In this document: piece by piece, positions 50,843 through 62,136 of the stretch
Layout of the letters: each line of letters begins with the position of its first letter
Numbering within the stretch: the first letter of the stretch is position 1
Source: Squalus acanthias
Taxonomy: Eukaryota
Direction: 5' to 3'
Assembly (NCBI GenBank): GCA_030390025.1
Contig: CM059432.1
Coordinates: 96,288,001-96,352,000, forward strand
DNA length: 64,000 bases
Notes under the pieces: model-generated
Seen by the model: the letters and a program-made list of their open reading frames with translations, nothing else
What the model was told of the DNA's origin: nothing
Database searches by the model: none
Made by a program: the position numbers and the translations under genes

Positions 50843-51165
50843 CATAAGAACATAAGAACATAAGAAATAGGAGCAGGAGTAGGCCAATTGGCCCCTCCAG
50901 CCTGCTCCGCCATTCAATAAGATCATGGCTGATCTGATCCTAACCGCCAATCTACTATCATAGAACCATCTCCTGAACCTAACAGAATTGGACACACGAA
51001 ATAGGAGCAGGATCAGGCTACACGGCCCCTGGGCCCGCTACGCTACCCACAGGGCCATGACCGATCCGAACCTAGACTCATGTCCAAATTCCTGCCCGCT
51101 CCCCGTAACCCTTAATTCCCTTTACTTCTAGGAAACTGCCTATTTCTGTTTTAAATTTGCTAAAT
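50843..51165 (-). mobile_element. CR1 3' end with two tandem tail modules
   Basis: (TTCTTATG)n tail. GAAATAGGAGCAGGA occurs at about 50864 and again at about 50998. Confidence 0.8.
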
Positions 51166-51252
51166 TTGCTAAATGAGTTGATTTAGACAAGTAGGTCAGT
51201 ACTGAACTGGAGTAAAGTCCATACCAGATAAGAAGAACAGGTTTCCTTCCCT

Positions 51253-51371
51253 CTTCCCAGGCTCTTCCCAGTTCTGATGAAAGGTCATCGACCTGAAACG
51301 TCAACTCTCTTTCTCTCTCCACGGATGCTGCCTGGCCTGCTGAGTTTTTCCAGCGTTTTCTGTTGTTATTT
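51253..51371 (+). mobile_element. 119-bp Penelope-like pLTR insertion
   Basis: 14-bp TSD AGGTTTCCTTCCCT (51239-51252 and 51372-51385). Confidence 0.88.
51270..51306 (+). ncRNA. Minimal type I hammerhead ribozyme with canonical GUC site
   Basis: AGTT-CTGATGA-A-AGGTC-ATC-GACCT-GAAAC-GTC-AACT. Confidence 0.85.
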
Positions 51372-51986
51372 AGGTTTCCTTCCCTAACGGACATTAGTGA
51401 ACCAGTTTGGTGTTTATGACAATCCGACAGCTTCACTTGACTGATACCAGCTTCTTATTTCCAGCTTATTTCAACTGAATTCAAATTCTCAAACTGACAT
51501 GGTGAGATTTAAACTCACGTTGTCTGGATTACTAGTCCAGAAACCCAACCACTACACTACCTTGTGAGCATTTACCAGAGAACAACCAAGCAGGCATAAA
51601 TGCTGTCAAATGTGACAAGGTGCAGAATCTTTCAGAGAGCCAGAGTGTTTGACAGTTACTATGTGAGAAAGAGTAACAGTATAATGAGGACAAATTGTGC
51701 AAATGGAAAAAAAAATCCACAGCCAGCCATGTGAATTAAATACTTGAATGAAAAATATTCACAGGACTTAACTCTTGAGGACTAAGGGCCTTTTCAGCTT
51801 TCAAAATATACATCTCTTTTCATGTAGCCAATATCAAATTTTTTTGAGTCGGGCATGTTAAAGTGTTAAAGTTTCAGGGTGTTTGATTTACCAAAGACAC
51901 ATTTATCCATTCATGCTGTTTTGAGACAAAATTTTTAAAAATCCTGCAATATAATTAATTGTTTGATTTTGATGTTAAAAAAATAC

Positions 51987-53069
51987 GGGGGAGAAATTCA
52001 GTATCACCCCATTTGGGGCGTAATTATCGGCTGGGCACAAAGTTTAGTGCCGGGCGCTGATTATTGCCTCCGACTGCAAACTTGTCTTCTATCGCCCCTG
52101 GAGGTGATTGGAGCGCTAAATCAGGCGCTACACACCTCTCTTAAGGCGCTAACGCCGAGGAGCGAGGCGCTACCTCAGAGCGCTGGCGAAGCTCATGTGA
52201 TGTCAGTCAGCAATGGAACACAGACACACTGGCACTGGCAAGTTCTTAAAGGGGAGGGTTGATCTTGCTCTCCATCCACACCCTGCTCATTGCAGCCCTG
52301 AATCTCAGCCTGGAGAGACCTGTACATCAAATCTGCTGGAAAGAACAATGGAGAGGCCCAGGGAAAGAGCTCAGAGTGCAGCCCCCTCAAGTTTCTTCTA
52401 AATCGAAGCAAGGAAGGTCAAATCAAAATGAATCTGCAAAGTGCTGCTAAGTACCCAAAACTCCTTCACACAGCGTTGAATCTCTCCAGATGTTTCTCTC
52501 TCTCAGAATGTGTGGTGCAAAAATGTCGGCGACAAAAAAAAAGGCAGGAAGCGATCGCCTTTAAATAGCACTCCCCCAGACCCTTCCCAACTGCAAAACG
52601 TTCCCCTCAACCTGTCATTGCTAGCGGCAGGCGGAAAGGCAGGGGGCGCCACTCAATATCCGGTGCGGGGTGCTACCAGGGCGTTGCACGCTCGACTGAC
52701 GTCATGATCTGCGGGTGCAGGAGATCGTGGCAGTAGTGTTTAGTGCTGCCGCAAAATGTCTGGCCAAGCGTGGGTGCAGCCATGCACCTCTGTGCCGTGT
52801 TGGTCAGTGTTTGCTGTAGAACACTGACAGCACAACTGTCAAAATCAATTTGCGCATGGTCCCTTTAAAGAAACCGGCTGATGACACGTCATCAAATGAC
52901 ATCATCAGACCCGCTTCCTTCAATTGGCCGCCAAACGCGCTGGGCGGGCTTAACAAACCCAAACAAGGTAAATTATTCTGCACAGTGGGCTGGAGCCAGC
53001 AGTGGGGTCAGGTCTCGCCACTGATGTCGCTCGCACCGGACCCGCCGAGGTAGGGGAAATCGCGGTCCA
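51987..53069. mobile_element. Harbinger MITE, apparently chimeric
   Basis: 51987-~52761 is the inverted homolog of 11575-12349. The remainder is unrelated and ends in TIR-like GAAATCGCGGTCC. Confidence 0.7.
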
Positions 53070-53649
53070 AGTGTTCATTTTATAAAATCAGCAAGCCTCA
53101 AAATTGGTTCACAAGATGTAAAAAAAATTTTAAACTGAATATGAACTGATATCATAAACCATCTGGATTTAATCTGTGAAGACTTGTGTCAGCAATACAA
53201 AACCTTCAGCTTTTTGTGTTCTGCCAGTTGTTGTTGTCAGGCAACAATGGACTTTGATTATAAGGGGCAATTTTGTTACGTCTTCCTGCAGCGGAGAACC
53301 TTGCCTGTCAGTGCTGCATATTGGAAGTTCAGGCACATTCTACACTTGAATTTCTGACCGTTAATTTAAATATTGGAAATGTCACCCTCATTTCTGAAAT
53401 GCGCACTTGGCAGGCCAGGTTCTCTGCTAGCAGTGCAAAGTCAGAAAAATACCCCGAATGAAATATATGTTCTGTCACATTTTACCTTTTCAGTAAGAGT
53501 TCAAATAAGTTTGTAATCTTTTCAGAACCTTAATTTAGTTTTTTCTTTGATGTCTGGGTGGCATTGAGCTACTATGTTAATTCCCTTTTGAAGCTCTTGT
53601 CAGTGCCATAGCCAAAGCCGGGTAACGTGTCTACTGTCTTGCTATAGCA

Positions 53650-54570
53650 CGGAGCTAGATAAACCAGGAAAGGTCCCAAATTTGTGTTCTGGTCTGCACT
53701 GAGTTAGCTGATCCCTGTTGGAGTGACAGTGGGGGGTCCAACAATTGACCTCAGTATCCCTGGGCTAAGTGAGGGAAAAGCTAGCCAGGGTTCCAGCTCC
53801 TTTTCACTATCCTTGCGAGCATGTGTGGATGCTGTGTTAGGAAAGCTGAACAGTCTGCTCAGACTCACTGTTCAGGTTTACACATGAAGAATAAATACTG
53901 TGGCAACAAGAGCAGGTAAGAGGCTAGGTACTCTGCGGTGAGTGTCTCACCTCCTGACTCCCCAAAGCCTTTCCACCATCTACAAGGCACAAGTAAGGAG
54001 TGTGATGGAATACTCTCCACTTGCCTGGATGAGTGCAGCTCCAACAACACTCAAGAAGCTCAACACCATCCAGGACAAAGCAACCCGCTTGATTGGTACC
54101 CCATCCACCACCTTAAACATTCACTCCCTCCACCACCGGCGTACTGTGGCTACAGTGTGTACCATCTACAAGATGCACTGCAGCAACTTGCCAAGGCTTC
54201 TTCGGCAGCACCTCCCGAACCCGCGACCTCTTCCACCTAGAAGGACAAGGGCAGCAGGCGCCTGGGAACACCAGCACCTCCAAGTTCCCCTCCAAGTCAC
54301 ACATCATCCTGATTTAGAAGTATCTCGCCGATCTTTCATCGTCGCTGGGTCAAAATCCAGGAAGTCCCTACCTAACAGCACTGTGGGAATACCTTCACCA
54401 CAAGGACTGCAACGGTTCAAGAAGGCAGCTCACCACCACCTTCTCAAGGGCAGCTAGGGAGGAGCAATAAATGCTGGCCTTGCCAGCGACGCCCTGATCC
54501 CATAAGCAAATAAAAAAAAGAATGGACACTTGGGTGATGCTGCAGAAGACCATTCATGGTACCATGCTCT
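53650..54570 (+). mobile_element. Old SINE-like repeat (related pieces at about 37680-37900 and 39500-39620), interrupted by a LINE
   Basis: Shared motifs GAGTTAGCTGATC, ACAATTGRCC and CACATGAAGAATGG.CACTTGG. Family not named. Confidence 0.5.
53893..54517 (+). mobile_element. 3' fragment of a CR1-group/Jockey-like LINE
   Basis: ORF 53942-54457 encodes an RT C-terminus. A-rich tail and TSD AAGAAT (53887-53892 and 54518-54523). Confidence 0.85.
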
Positions 54571-56427
54571 ACCAGCTGCAGGACAAGAGGTGCATGGAGA
54601 GAAAATCAGAGGTAGAAATTGGACCAAAATAATAAAAGAGATCCACAACACTTTTATATATTTTTCAGCCGTTTCCATGACAACACTGTTCCCTGCATTT
54701 GGCTAGCTCTGCTTTTTCTGCCAGCCAGCTGTAGATATTACGAGTCAAAATGTTTACATGAGCTGAGAGTTTTGTATCTGTTGTTAAATTCTTCAAATAA
54801 ACACAAGGTTAAACAGGACTTATCCTTGTCTGCATATTTGTGCAGCCCGAGAGAACAGAACAAGTTCACCTACAGCACAGTTTAAAACGTTTCTGTACTC
54901 ATTCAGATCTACTTCACACTGTAGCTTGATTCACTTTGTCACTGTTCACCAAGATCAAGAATATGATTAAAGTAAAGATATTACAAAACAACAGCTTGCT
55001 TACATTACTGTATTCATGTGTGATTTCAGACACATGCTAGTGAATAGCTTTAAGTATTTTTAAGAGCGTTGTGTCTCCAGTATGCAAAAGATGAGCTGGA
55101 AAATTCCACTAGCCAACTATCTAGGAGTAAATTACTTCCTAGATCTGGTGAGCTGAGAGACAGTATGTACTCATTAGCTCTCAACTTTCACCAGTGTGTG
55201 TGGGGGTTCCTTAACCTCCAACCCTCCAACAATTATCTTCCTGCTTTTCACTGTTTCTTTGCATCCTTCAGTATCTCTTACCCAGCCGCATCCAGCATCT
55301 TATCTACACAAAATATGTGTTTTGTTCCTTTTTAGAATTCATTTTGCCAGGTTAAAGTTCAAGTAGTGAATGAATAGTTAATTTAAACAAGATCAGAAAA
55401 GTCAAATGTCAAGTAACTTTTGAAAAGTCTATCTAGAACTGCTGTGTCAATCATATATGCAACATAATTTCCTCAAAATTCTCTCACCACATCGGTACCA
55501 ATTTGCATCAACTGTGTTTTTACTTTTCTTCATGGTTCAGATAAAATGTCAGGGTGATTTTTGATGGCCTTACTAAAAGTGTCAGAATATTTTGTACACT
55601 TGTCACTGCATTTTAACAGCTCGCTGACGTGCATGTTGTATGGGGGTGACTTGAACCTGTTGCACCTGGCGTTAATAGGCAGTAACAACCGCAAAGTAGA
55701 GTCGCTAGCCATAATGCTCTGTTAATACCAATGTTGCGGCCAGCGCCATTATGAAAGCGGCCTACCGTTGGGTGCCTAATACACATACCTGTTTCAGGTG
55801 GTATGCCCCTTTTAATATGAAAATTGGGGTGCTAGGACTTCGATTGCCATCTTAGGTTGGAACTAGTCGGAGGGTGCGCTGTGCACACACAGATCAGTTC
55901 CTTACGAGGTAAAGCCGAAGAGGACCAGCAAAGCTCATTTTGAAATTATTTCTATGAGGGCAGGAGGAGCAGGAGTTTTCCTCTGGGCCCCACAACAATC
56001 ATGTAGGCCACTGCCGCCCCGGGATTCCCCTCCTCCGCAACCGTGACCCCTCCCCCTGTGAGTACCTTGCTGCCAGCTGGGGAGACCTAGTTTTGGGGCC
56101 AGACTTAATCTGACGAGTGCATCGGGACGCCCATTTGGCGCCCCGCAGATCGTCAGCTCAATGCAAATGAAGTCACATCTTCACCGCGGCTACGGGTGAC
56201 TCGCCACCATGCTCTGTCGGTTGGGTGCCCAAAAGTCAAAACCGACACCTATATATGGATTAAGCAGTTCCAATGTGCTGCTGTATTATAGAGATGAGCA
56301 ATAGTGTGATTGTACTGGATATGAGTGAAAAGAAGACACTTCAGGAGAGGAAGGGTGTGGGGAGAAATATACAATAATCTATGTTTTCTCTTTCAGAATC
56401 AAAGGAGTGATTCTTGAAAGAAAACAA

Positions 56428-56668
56428 TGTGGCGGATCGCCACCTAAACGGGCATTATCCACTTTTCCGTCCGTGGACAATCTATCGAGCACTTTCCCTT
56501 TAAGGCACCTTACCTTTAAGGCAGGAGTGGGCGGGGCCTCAGGATTTTTCCAGAGAATTCTGGGAGCAGTCTGTTCAGCCATTTTGTACCATGCAGTTGT
56601 ATTAAAAAAAGTCTCTCGTTTTCCACACATGGATTCAGCCTTAATTCGTGTTTTGCGCAGCCTCAACA
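56428..56668 (+). repeat. 5' LTR
   Basis: Direct repeat of 60502-60742, with about 5 substitutions and 2 single-base indels counted by eye. Confidence 0.95.
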
Positions 56669-56669
56669 T

Positions 56670-56683
56670 TGGTGACCCCGACG
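56670..56683 (+). promoter_or_regulatory. Primer-binding site complementary to tRNA-Trp
   Basis: TGGTGACCCCGACG lies one base after the LTR and matches the known Trp PBS TGGTGACCCCGACGTGAT over 14 nt. Confidence 0.9.
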
Positions 56684-56708
56684 CTCAGAACGTATTCCGA
56701 GCACTGCA

Positions 56709-57340
56709 ATGGCGGACACGAACGCAGTTTCCGTGAAACTGCCGGAGTTTTGGGAAAACCAGCCCGAAGCCTGGTTTCTCCAAGCTGAATCCTGCTTCGA
56801 GCTGCGAAACATCACCACAGATGGGACGCAGTACGACTACCTCGTCACATCACTCGGTAGCGCCACAGTTTCGAAGGTTTGGACAGCGCTGCAGAACCCA
56901 CCAGAGGAAGGCAGGTACGCACATCTGAAGACAGCGCTCCTTAAAAAATTTACGGCCTCGGCATATCAGCGAAACTGCCACCTCCTCGACCTTCCAGGCC
57001 TCGGTGATGCCTCACCGTCAGACTCCTCTCCCACATGCTCTCCCTCACTGACGAGAGCCCACCTGGATCCCTCTTCCGCACGCTGTTCATCCGCCAGCTC
57101 CCTCTCAGCATCTGCCCAGTGATCGTGGCGTCCGGCCTCACGAACCTGGAAGCCCTGGCTGATGAGGCCGACAAGCTGCTGTCCGCTCACGCCAGCCGCG
57201 ACGTCACTGGCCACCACGCAGACACAAGGGTCTGCCACCAGGCCCATGGGGCCTTCACACCCCACTAACCCAGGCCACTGTTACTACCACACACGGTTCG
57301 GCGCCAGGGCACAACGGTGCACACCTCCCTGCTCTTTCAA
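56709..57340 (+). pseudogene. gag: Gypsy gag, frameshifted
   Basis: VKLPEFWENQPEAWFLQAE N-terminus, and the CYYHTRFGARAQRCTPPC CHCC motif in a later frame. Confidence 0.85.
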
Positions 57341-60300
57341 GTCCGCCCCCGTACCAGCCCCCGCGATGGCCGTGGGCCACGCGGGCTCCCTGCTGTTCGT
57401 CACGGATGACAAAACCGGCCGCCGGTTCCTGTGCAACACTGGGGCTCAGCACAGCATCATCCCGGCCTCCTCCCTCGACATCCAAAAGGGTGAACGAGGA
57501 CCGGCGCTGGCTGCTGCTAACGGCTCGGAAATCCGGACGTATGGCACCCGGACAGTCACCCTTGACCTCGCTGGTCGCCGCTACCGATGGGAGTTCATCA
57601 CTGCCAAGGTGCTCTCCCCTCTCATCGGCGCAGATTTCCTGTGCGCCCACGGCCTACTGGTAGACATCCCCCGTCACCGCCTCGTGGACATGAACACCAT
57701 GTCCCCCATCCTGGGCGCCATGGCCCCCCGTCAACCCACCGACATGGCGTCACAGTGCCATGCCCGGGCCACGGATGACTACTCGGCACTCCTGGCCGAA
57801 TTCCCGGCCCTTACCAATCCGACCTTCTCCGCGGAGGCCGCCAAACACGGGGTGGAACACTTCATCCCCACCACAGGCCCCCCAGTGTACGCCCACGCCC
57901 ACAGGTTGGACCCGGCCAAACTGGAGATCGCGCGGACCGAGTTTGCCACCATGGAACAGCTCGGCATCATCCGCCGCTCCAACAGTCCCTGGGCCTCCCC
58001 ACTCCACATCGCCCCCAAACCAGGCAGAGGTTGGCGCCCCTGCGGGGATTACCGCCGCCTCAACGACGCCACCACCCCTGATCGGCACCCCGTGCCGCAC
58101 ATTCAGGACTGCTCGGCTAGACTAGCCGGCCGCTCAGTCTTTTCCAAGGTCGACCTGGTGCGCGGCTACCACCAAGTCCCCGTCCACCCCGCGGACATCC
58201 CCAAGACGGCCGTAATCACCCCCTTTGGCCTGTTCGAGTTCCTGCGGATGCCCTTCGGCCTCAAAAACGTGGCCCAGGCATTCCAACGGCTCATGGACTC
58301 GGTCCTTCGGGACCTGAAGTTCCTGTTCGTCTACCTGGATGACATCCTGGTAGCCAGTTCCTCCAAGCAGGAACACCTCGAACACCTTCGCATCCTGTTC
58401 GGGCGCCTCAGCGACCACGGGCTCATCCTCAGCCCAGACAAATGCCAGTTCGGCCTGGACAAGATCGACTTCCTCGGCCACCACATCACCCATGCTGGGG
58501 CCATTCCCCTGCCCACCAAGGTGCAGGCCGTCCAACAATTTCCCCGCCCCACCACCATCACAGGCCTCCAGGAGTTCCTCGGGATGGTGAATTTCTGTAA
58601 CCGCTTCATCCCCAAAATGGCGTCCCTCATGAGGCCCCTGTATGAAGCCCTCCGGGGCAGGAGCGGCAAGATGGCGGTCGAATGGACGGCAGACGCGTCC
58701 GCCGCCTTCGACTCCACCAAGACTGCGCTCGCCAACGCCACCCTGCTCGCGCACCCACGGCCCAATGCCAGGGTAGCGCTCACCACGGACGCCTCCGACC
58801 ATGCGGTCGGCACCGTGTATGAGCAGTGGGTCGACGGCGCCTGGCAACCACTTGCCTTCTTCAGCCGCCAACTACGCACCCCGGAGGTGAAGTACAGCAC
58901 CTTCGACCGCGAGCTCCTCGCGCTGTTCCTGGCAGTCCGCCATTTTCGGTTTTTGCTTGAGGGCCACCCCTTCACTGCGTTTGTCGACCACAAGCCCCTG
59001 ACATTCTCAATGGCAAAGACAACCGACCCCTGGTCCGCCAGGCAGCAGCGCCAGCTCGCGGCAGTGTCCGAGTTCACCAAGGACATCCAACACGTCTCCG
59101 GCCGAGACAATGTGGTAGCCGACTGCCTCTCCCGCCCCGCCATCCACGCCGCACACCTGGCAGTCGACTACGCTCAACTTGCAGCAGACCAGATCACCGA
59201 CCCTGATCTGCTCTCCGCACCCACCAACCTACCAGGGCTACGCCTGGCCGACGTCGCCTGTGGCACGACCGCAGTCACGGTCAAGTGCGACATATCCCTA
59301 TGTCAACCTCGGCCCGTCGTCCCAGCGTCCTGGCGCCGCCGGGTATTCGACATTCTCCACAACCTCTCCCACCCCGGCGCCCGCGCATCCATCAAATTGG
59401 TAGCCAACCGCTTCATCTGGCGTGGCCTTCGCAAGGATGTGCGTACTTGGGCCAACTCCTGCCTCGCCTGCCAACGGGCCGAGGTACAGCAACACATGAA
59501 AGCACCACTCGAGGAGTTTACCGTCCCCTCGCAGAGATTCGATCACATCCACGTGGACATCGTCGGGCCCCTGCCGCCGTCGCAAAGCCACACGCACTTG
59601 CTGACCATCGTTGACCGCACCACACATGGCCCGAGGCAATTCCACTGACCTCTACCACCACCGCCGACATCGCCAGAGCCTTCATCAGCACCTGGGTCGC
59701 ACGGTTCGGCGTCCCCTCCGACATGACGTCGGACAGAGGTCCGCAATTTACCTCTGAACTCTGGACCGCCGTCGCACGCAATCTCGGGGTGACCATTCAC
59801 CGCTCCACAGCGTACCACCCCCAAGCCAACGGACTGTGTGAGCGGTTCCACAGATCCTTGAAGGCATCTCTTCGAGCCAGCCTCCAGGACGGCGCTGGAC
59901 CGACCGACTTCCGTGGGTCCTCCTCGGCCTGCGCACTGCGTTTAAAGAAGACCTCCACGCATCGGCAGCAGAGCTCGTGTACGGTCAGCCGTTGCGCGTA
60001 CCCGGCGAGTTCCTGCCCACCGCCACGACACCCTGGTCAGCCGACCAGCAACGCCACGACTTCGCCTCACTGGCGCTGCAGTTCGCCCCGGTGCCCATTG
60101 CCCAACATGGCGAATCCACCTCACACGTCCCACTAAGCCTGCACCAGGCACGGTTCGTTTTCGTCCGGCACGACGCCCACCGCGGACCCCTTACACCCCC
60201 CGTACGACGGGCCCTACAAGGTGCTACAGGCTGGGGACAAATTTTTCACCCTGCAAGTGTGCGACAGGACCTAAAAAGTGTCTGTTGACCGACTCAAGCC

Positions 60301-60480
60301 AGCACACTCGGAGCCCGCTGAGCAGGTCCCTGTAGCTCGTCCACCTCCACGCGGCCGACCTGCCCTCAAGCCGGTTCACCCGGCTGCTCCACGCCTGACC
60401 ATTCCACGTCCACCGGCGTCCTACAAGAGCCGCTCCGGCCGGCCCATCAGACCGCCGCACCATCTCGTCCACACCTCCTA
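57341..60480 (+). pseudogene. pol: Gypsy pol (PR, RT, RNase H open; integrase frameshifted)
   Basis: FLCNTGA (the protease D is replaced by N), YLDD, TDAS, HNLSHPG...CLAC, HVDIVGP, SDRGPQF and NGLCERF. Confidence 0.92.
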
Positions 60481-60490
60481 AGCGGATTCT

Positions 60491-60498
60491 GGGGGGAG
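60491..60498 (+). other. Polypurine tract
   Basis: GGGGGGAG just upstream of the 3' LTR. Confidence 0.8.
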
Positions 60499-60501
60499 CT
60501 G

Positions 60502-60742
60502 TGTGGCGGATCGCCACCTAAACGGGCATTATCCACTTTTCCGTCCGTGGACAATATATCGAGCACCTTCCCTTTAAGGCACCTTACCTTTAAGGCAGGA
60601 GTGGGCGGGGCCTCAGGATTTTTCCAGAGAATTCTGGGAGCAGTCTGTTCAGCCATTTTGTACCATGCAGTTGTATTTAAAAAGTCTCTTGTTTTCCACA
60701 CATGGATTCAGCCTTAATTCGTGTTTCGCGGCAGCCTCAACA
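60502..60742 (+). repeat. 3' LTR
   Basis: Direct repeat of 56428-56668. Confidence 0.95.
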
Positions 60743-61471
60743 ACAAAGAGTATTATGTGCTTGTACCATGGGGAGAGGAGCGAAATGGAATGGTGAGACA
60801 TTCTCCACTGAGGGAAAGATAGGAAAGTTAGGCCAATATGAAAAATAAAATGACTCAGGGAACTGCATCCTCCAGGATGCGACTCAGATGTGTGTGTGTG
60901 CAAAGACGAAAAAACAGCTACACGTGAGGGGTTCATAGTTCACAAATTTTAGTATAAATACAAAACCTTCAGCTAGTTGTAATCTGTGCTATTGATTCTT
61001 TCAATTGAGCAACAAATGTTAGAGAAACAGGGATTGAAATTGGTGTTTGGCGGTAGATGTAAAACAGGTGAGAACGAAGTGGCAGCCCATTTTACAATGA
61101 AAAGAAAATCAGGCGGGGTGCGAATCGGGAGGGGAGTGAAACGGCATTTGATTTGCTATTACTCATTTTGCGCTACTGACAAAAATCAATTTCACCCCAA
61201 GATCATTTTCTATCACAAACTAAAAAACACAAATCCTCCCCAGCTAGAGGTTTTGTAATCCATCAAAATCTCACTCTTTGGTGATATCATTTACATTTTA
61301 CTTAGGATCATAGTTTTAAATAAGTAAACAGCTATCATTTATTCTCACGGTTTTGGAGATGCATAAATCGCAAGCGTCACTCTTAGGCTTATGGTGCTCG
61401 TTTGAATTGTGCGATTAAATTACAGCTTTTTAGTTTACTCCCAATCACCTATAACTTGAGGTAAAGTCTAA

Positions 61472-62136
61472 GGGGGCAATATTGGGTTGCGCCCCCTTTG
61501 GGGCGCTAACTTCGCCGGGGCGCTACTTTTAGCGCCCCAAAAAAGTTAGCGCCCCCGCGCCCGAAATTCACTGGTAGCGCACCAAGAGGGAGGTGGGGTG
61601 CTACTGAAGTGCCCCGCCTCCCTCTTGGGGCATTGTGAGTGAATATCGCGGCGCTACGTGCAGCAGCGCCACATCGCGCCGCGGTACTGCAGGCCTTCCT
61701 CCCCTTATTAAAGGGAAGGGGCCTAGCGTAGCGTGACCCGGGGCCCAGCTGGGCCACCAGGGATCAGAGTGCCGGCACCCTGCAGGGGGGCTGCACAGGA
61801 GGCTGGGGACAGCAACGGGAGCAGGTGCTGGCAGGCGGCCAGCAACAAAAATAGCCGTCCGGCACCTCCTCTTTAATTTGCGCCGCCCCGGCCGCAGGTA
61901 GGCCCCCTTGACCCTGTTGGACATAGCATCCGGCGGTAAGTCAGGAGACGCTACCAAAGAATGCCATCGCTGGAGGCGCAGCGCTGCGGGGCACTAACGG
62001 TTACCGCCGCCGCTAACCTCCCGCTGAATTTTGCGGGAGGCGTTAGTGGCACCGCACCCGGGCGCTAGTTGCTTTGTGCCCTGTTAGTGCCCTTAGGGCA
62101 CTAATGGGAGGCGCAAATCAACCGAATTTTTCCCCC
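61472..62136. mobile_element. Harbinger MITE
   Basis: Ends GGGGGCAATATTGGGTTG / GGGGGAAAAATTCGGTTG, flanks TAA/TAG, rich in GGCGCTA motifs. Confidence 0.82.

Larger units (their letters stand above)
51215..51561 (-). mobile_element. tRNA-derived SINE, interrupted at 51253-51371
   Basis: The minus-strand head GGTAGTGTAGTGGTT...GAGTTTAAATCTCACC has A- and B-box-like motifs. Family not named. Confidence 0.6.
56428..60742 (+). mobile_element. Near full-length Ty3/Gypsy LTR retrotransposon, CsRn1/Kabuki/Boudicca-like clade
   Basis: 241-bp TG...CA LTRs, ACAA TSD (56424-56427 and 60743-60746), tRNA-Trp PBS, PPT, and gag-PR-RT-RH-IN order. Confidence 0.95.

Noticed and set aside
54820..54872. Minus-strand segment reading ELVLFSRAAQICR, loosely semaphorin-like
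   Set aside because: It is followed by a stop, has no GT donor and has no supporting neighbouring exons.
58134..59143. Antisense ORFs of 245 and 270 aa in the Gypsy
   Set aside because: Expected shadow ORFs of GC-rich pol sequence, with no recognisable motifs.
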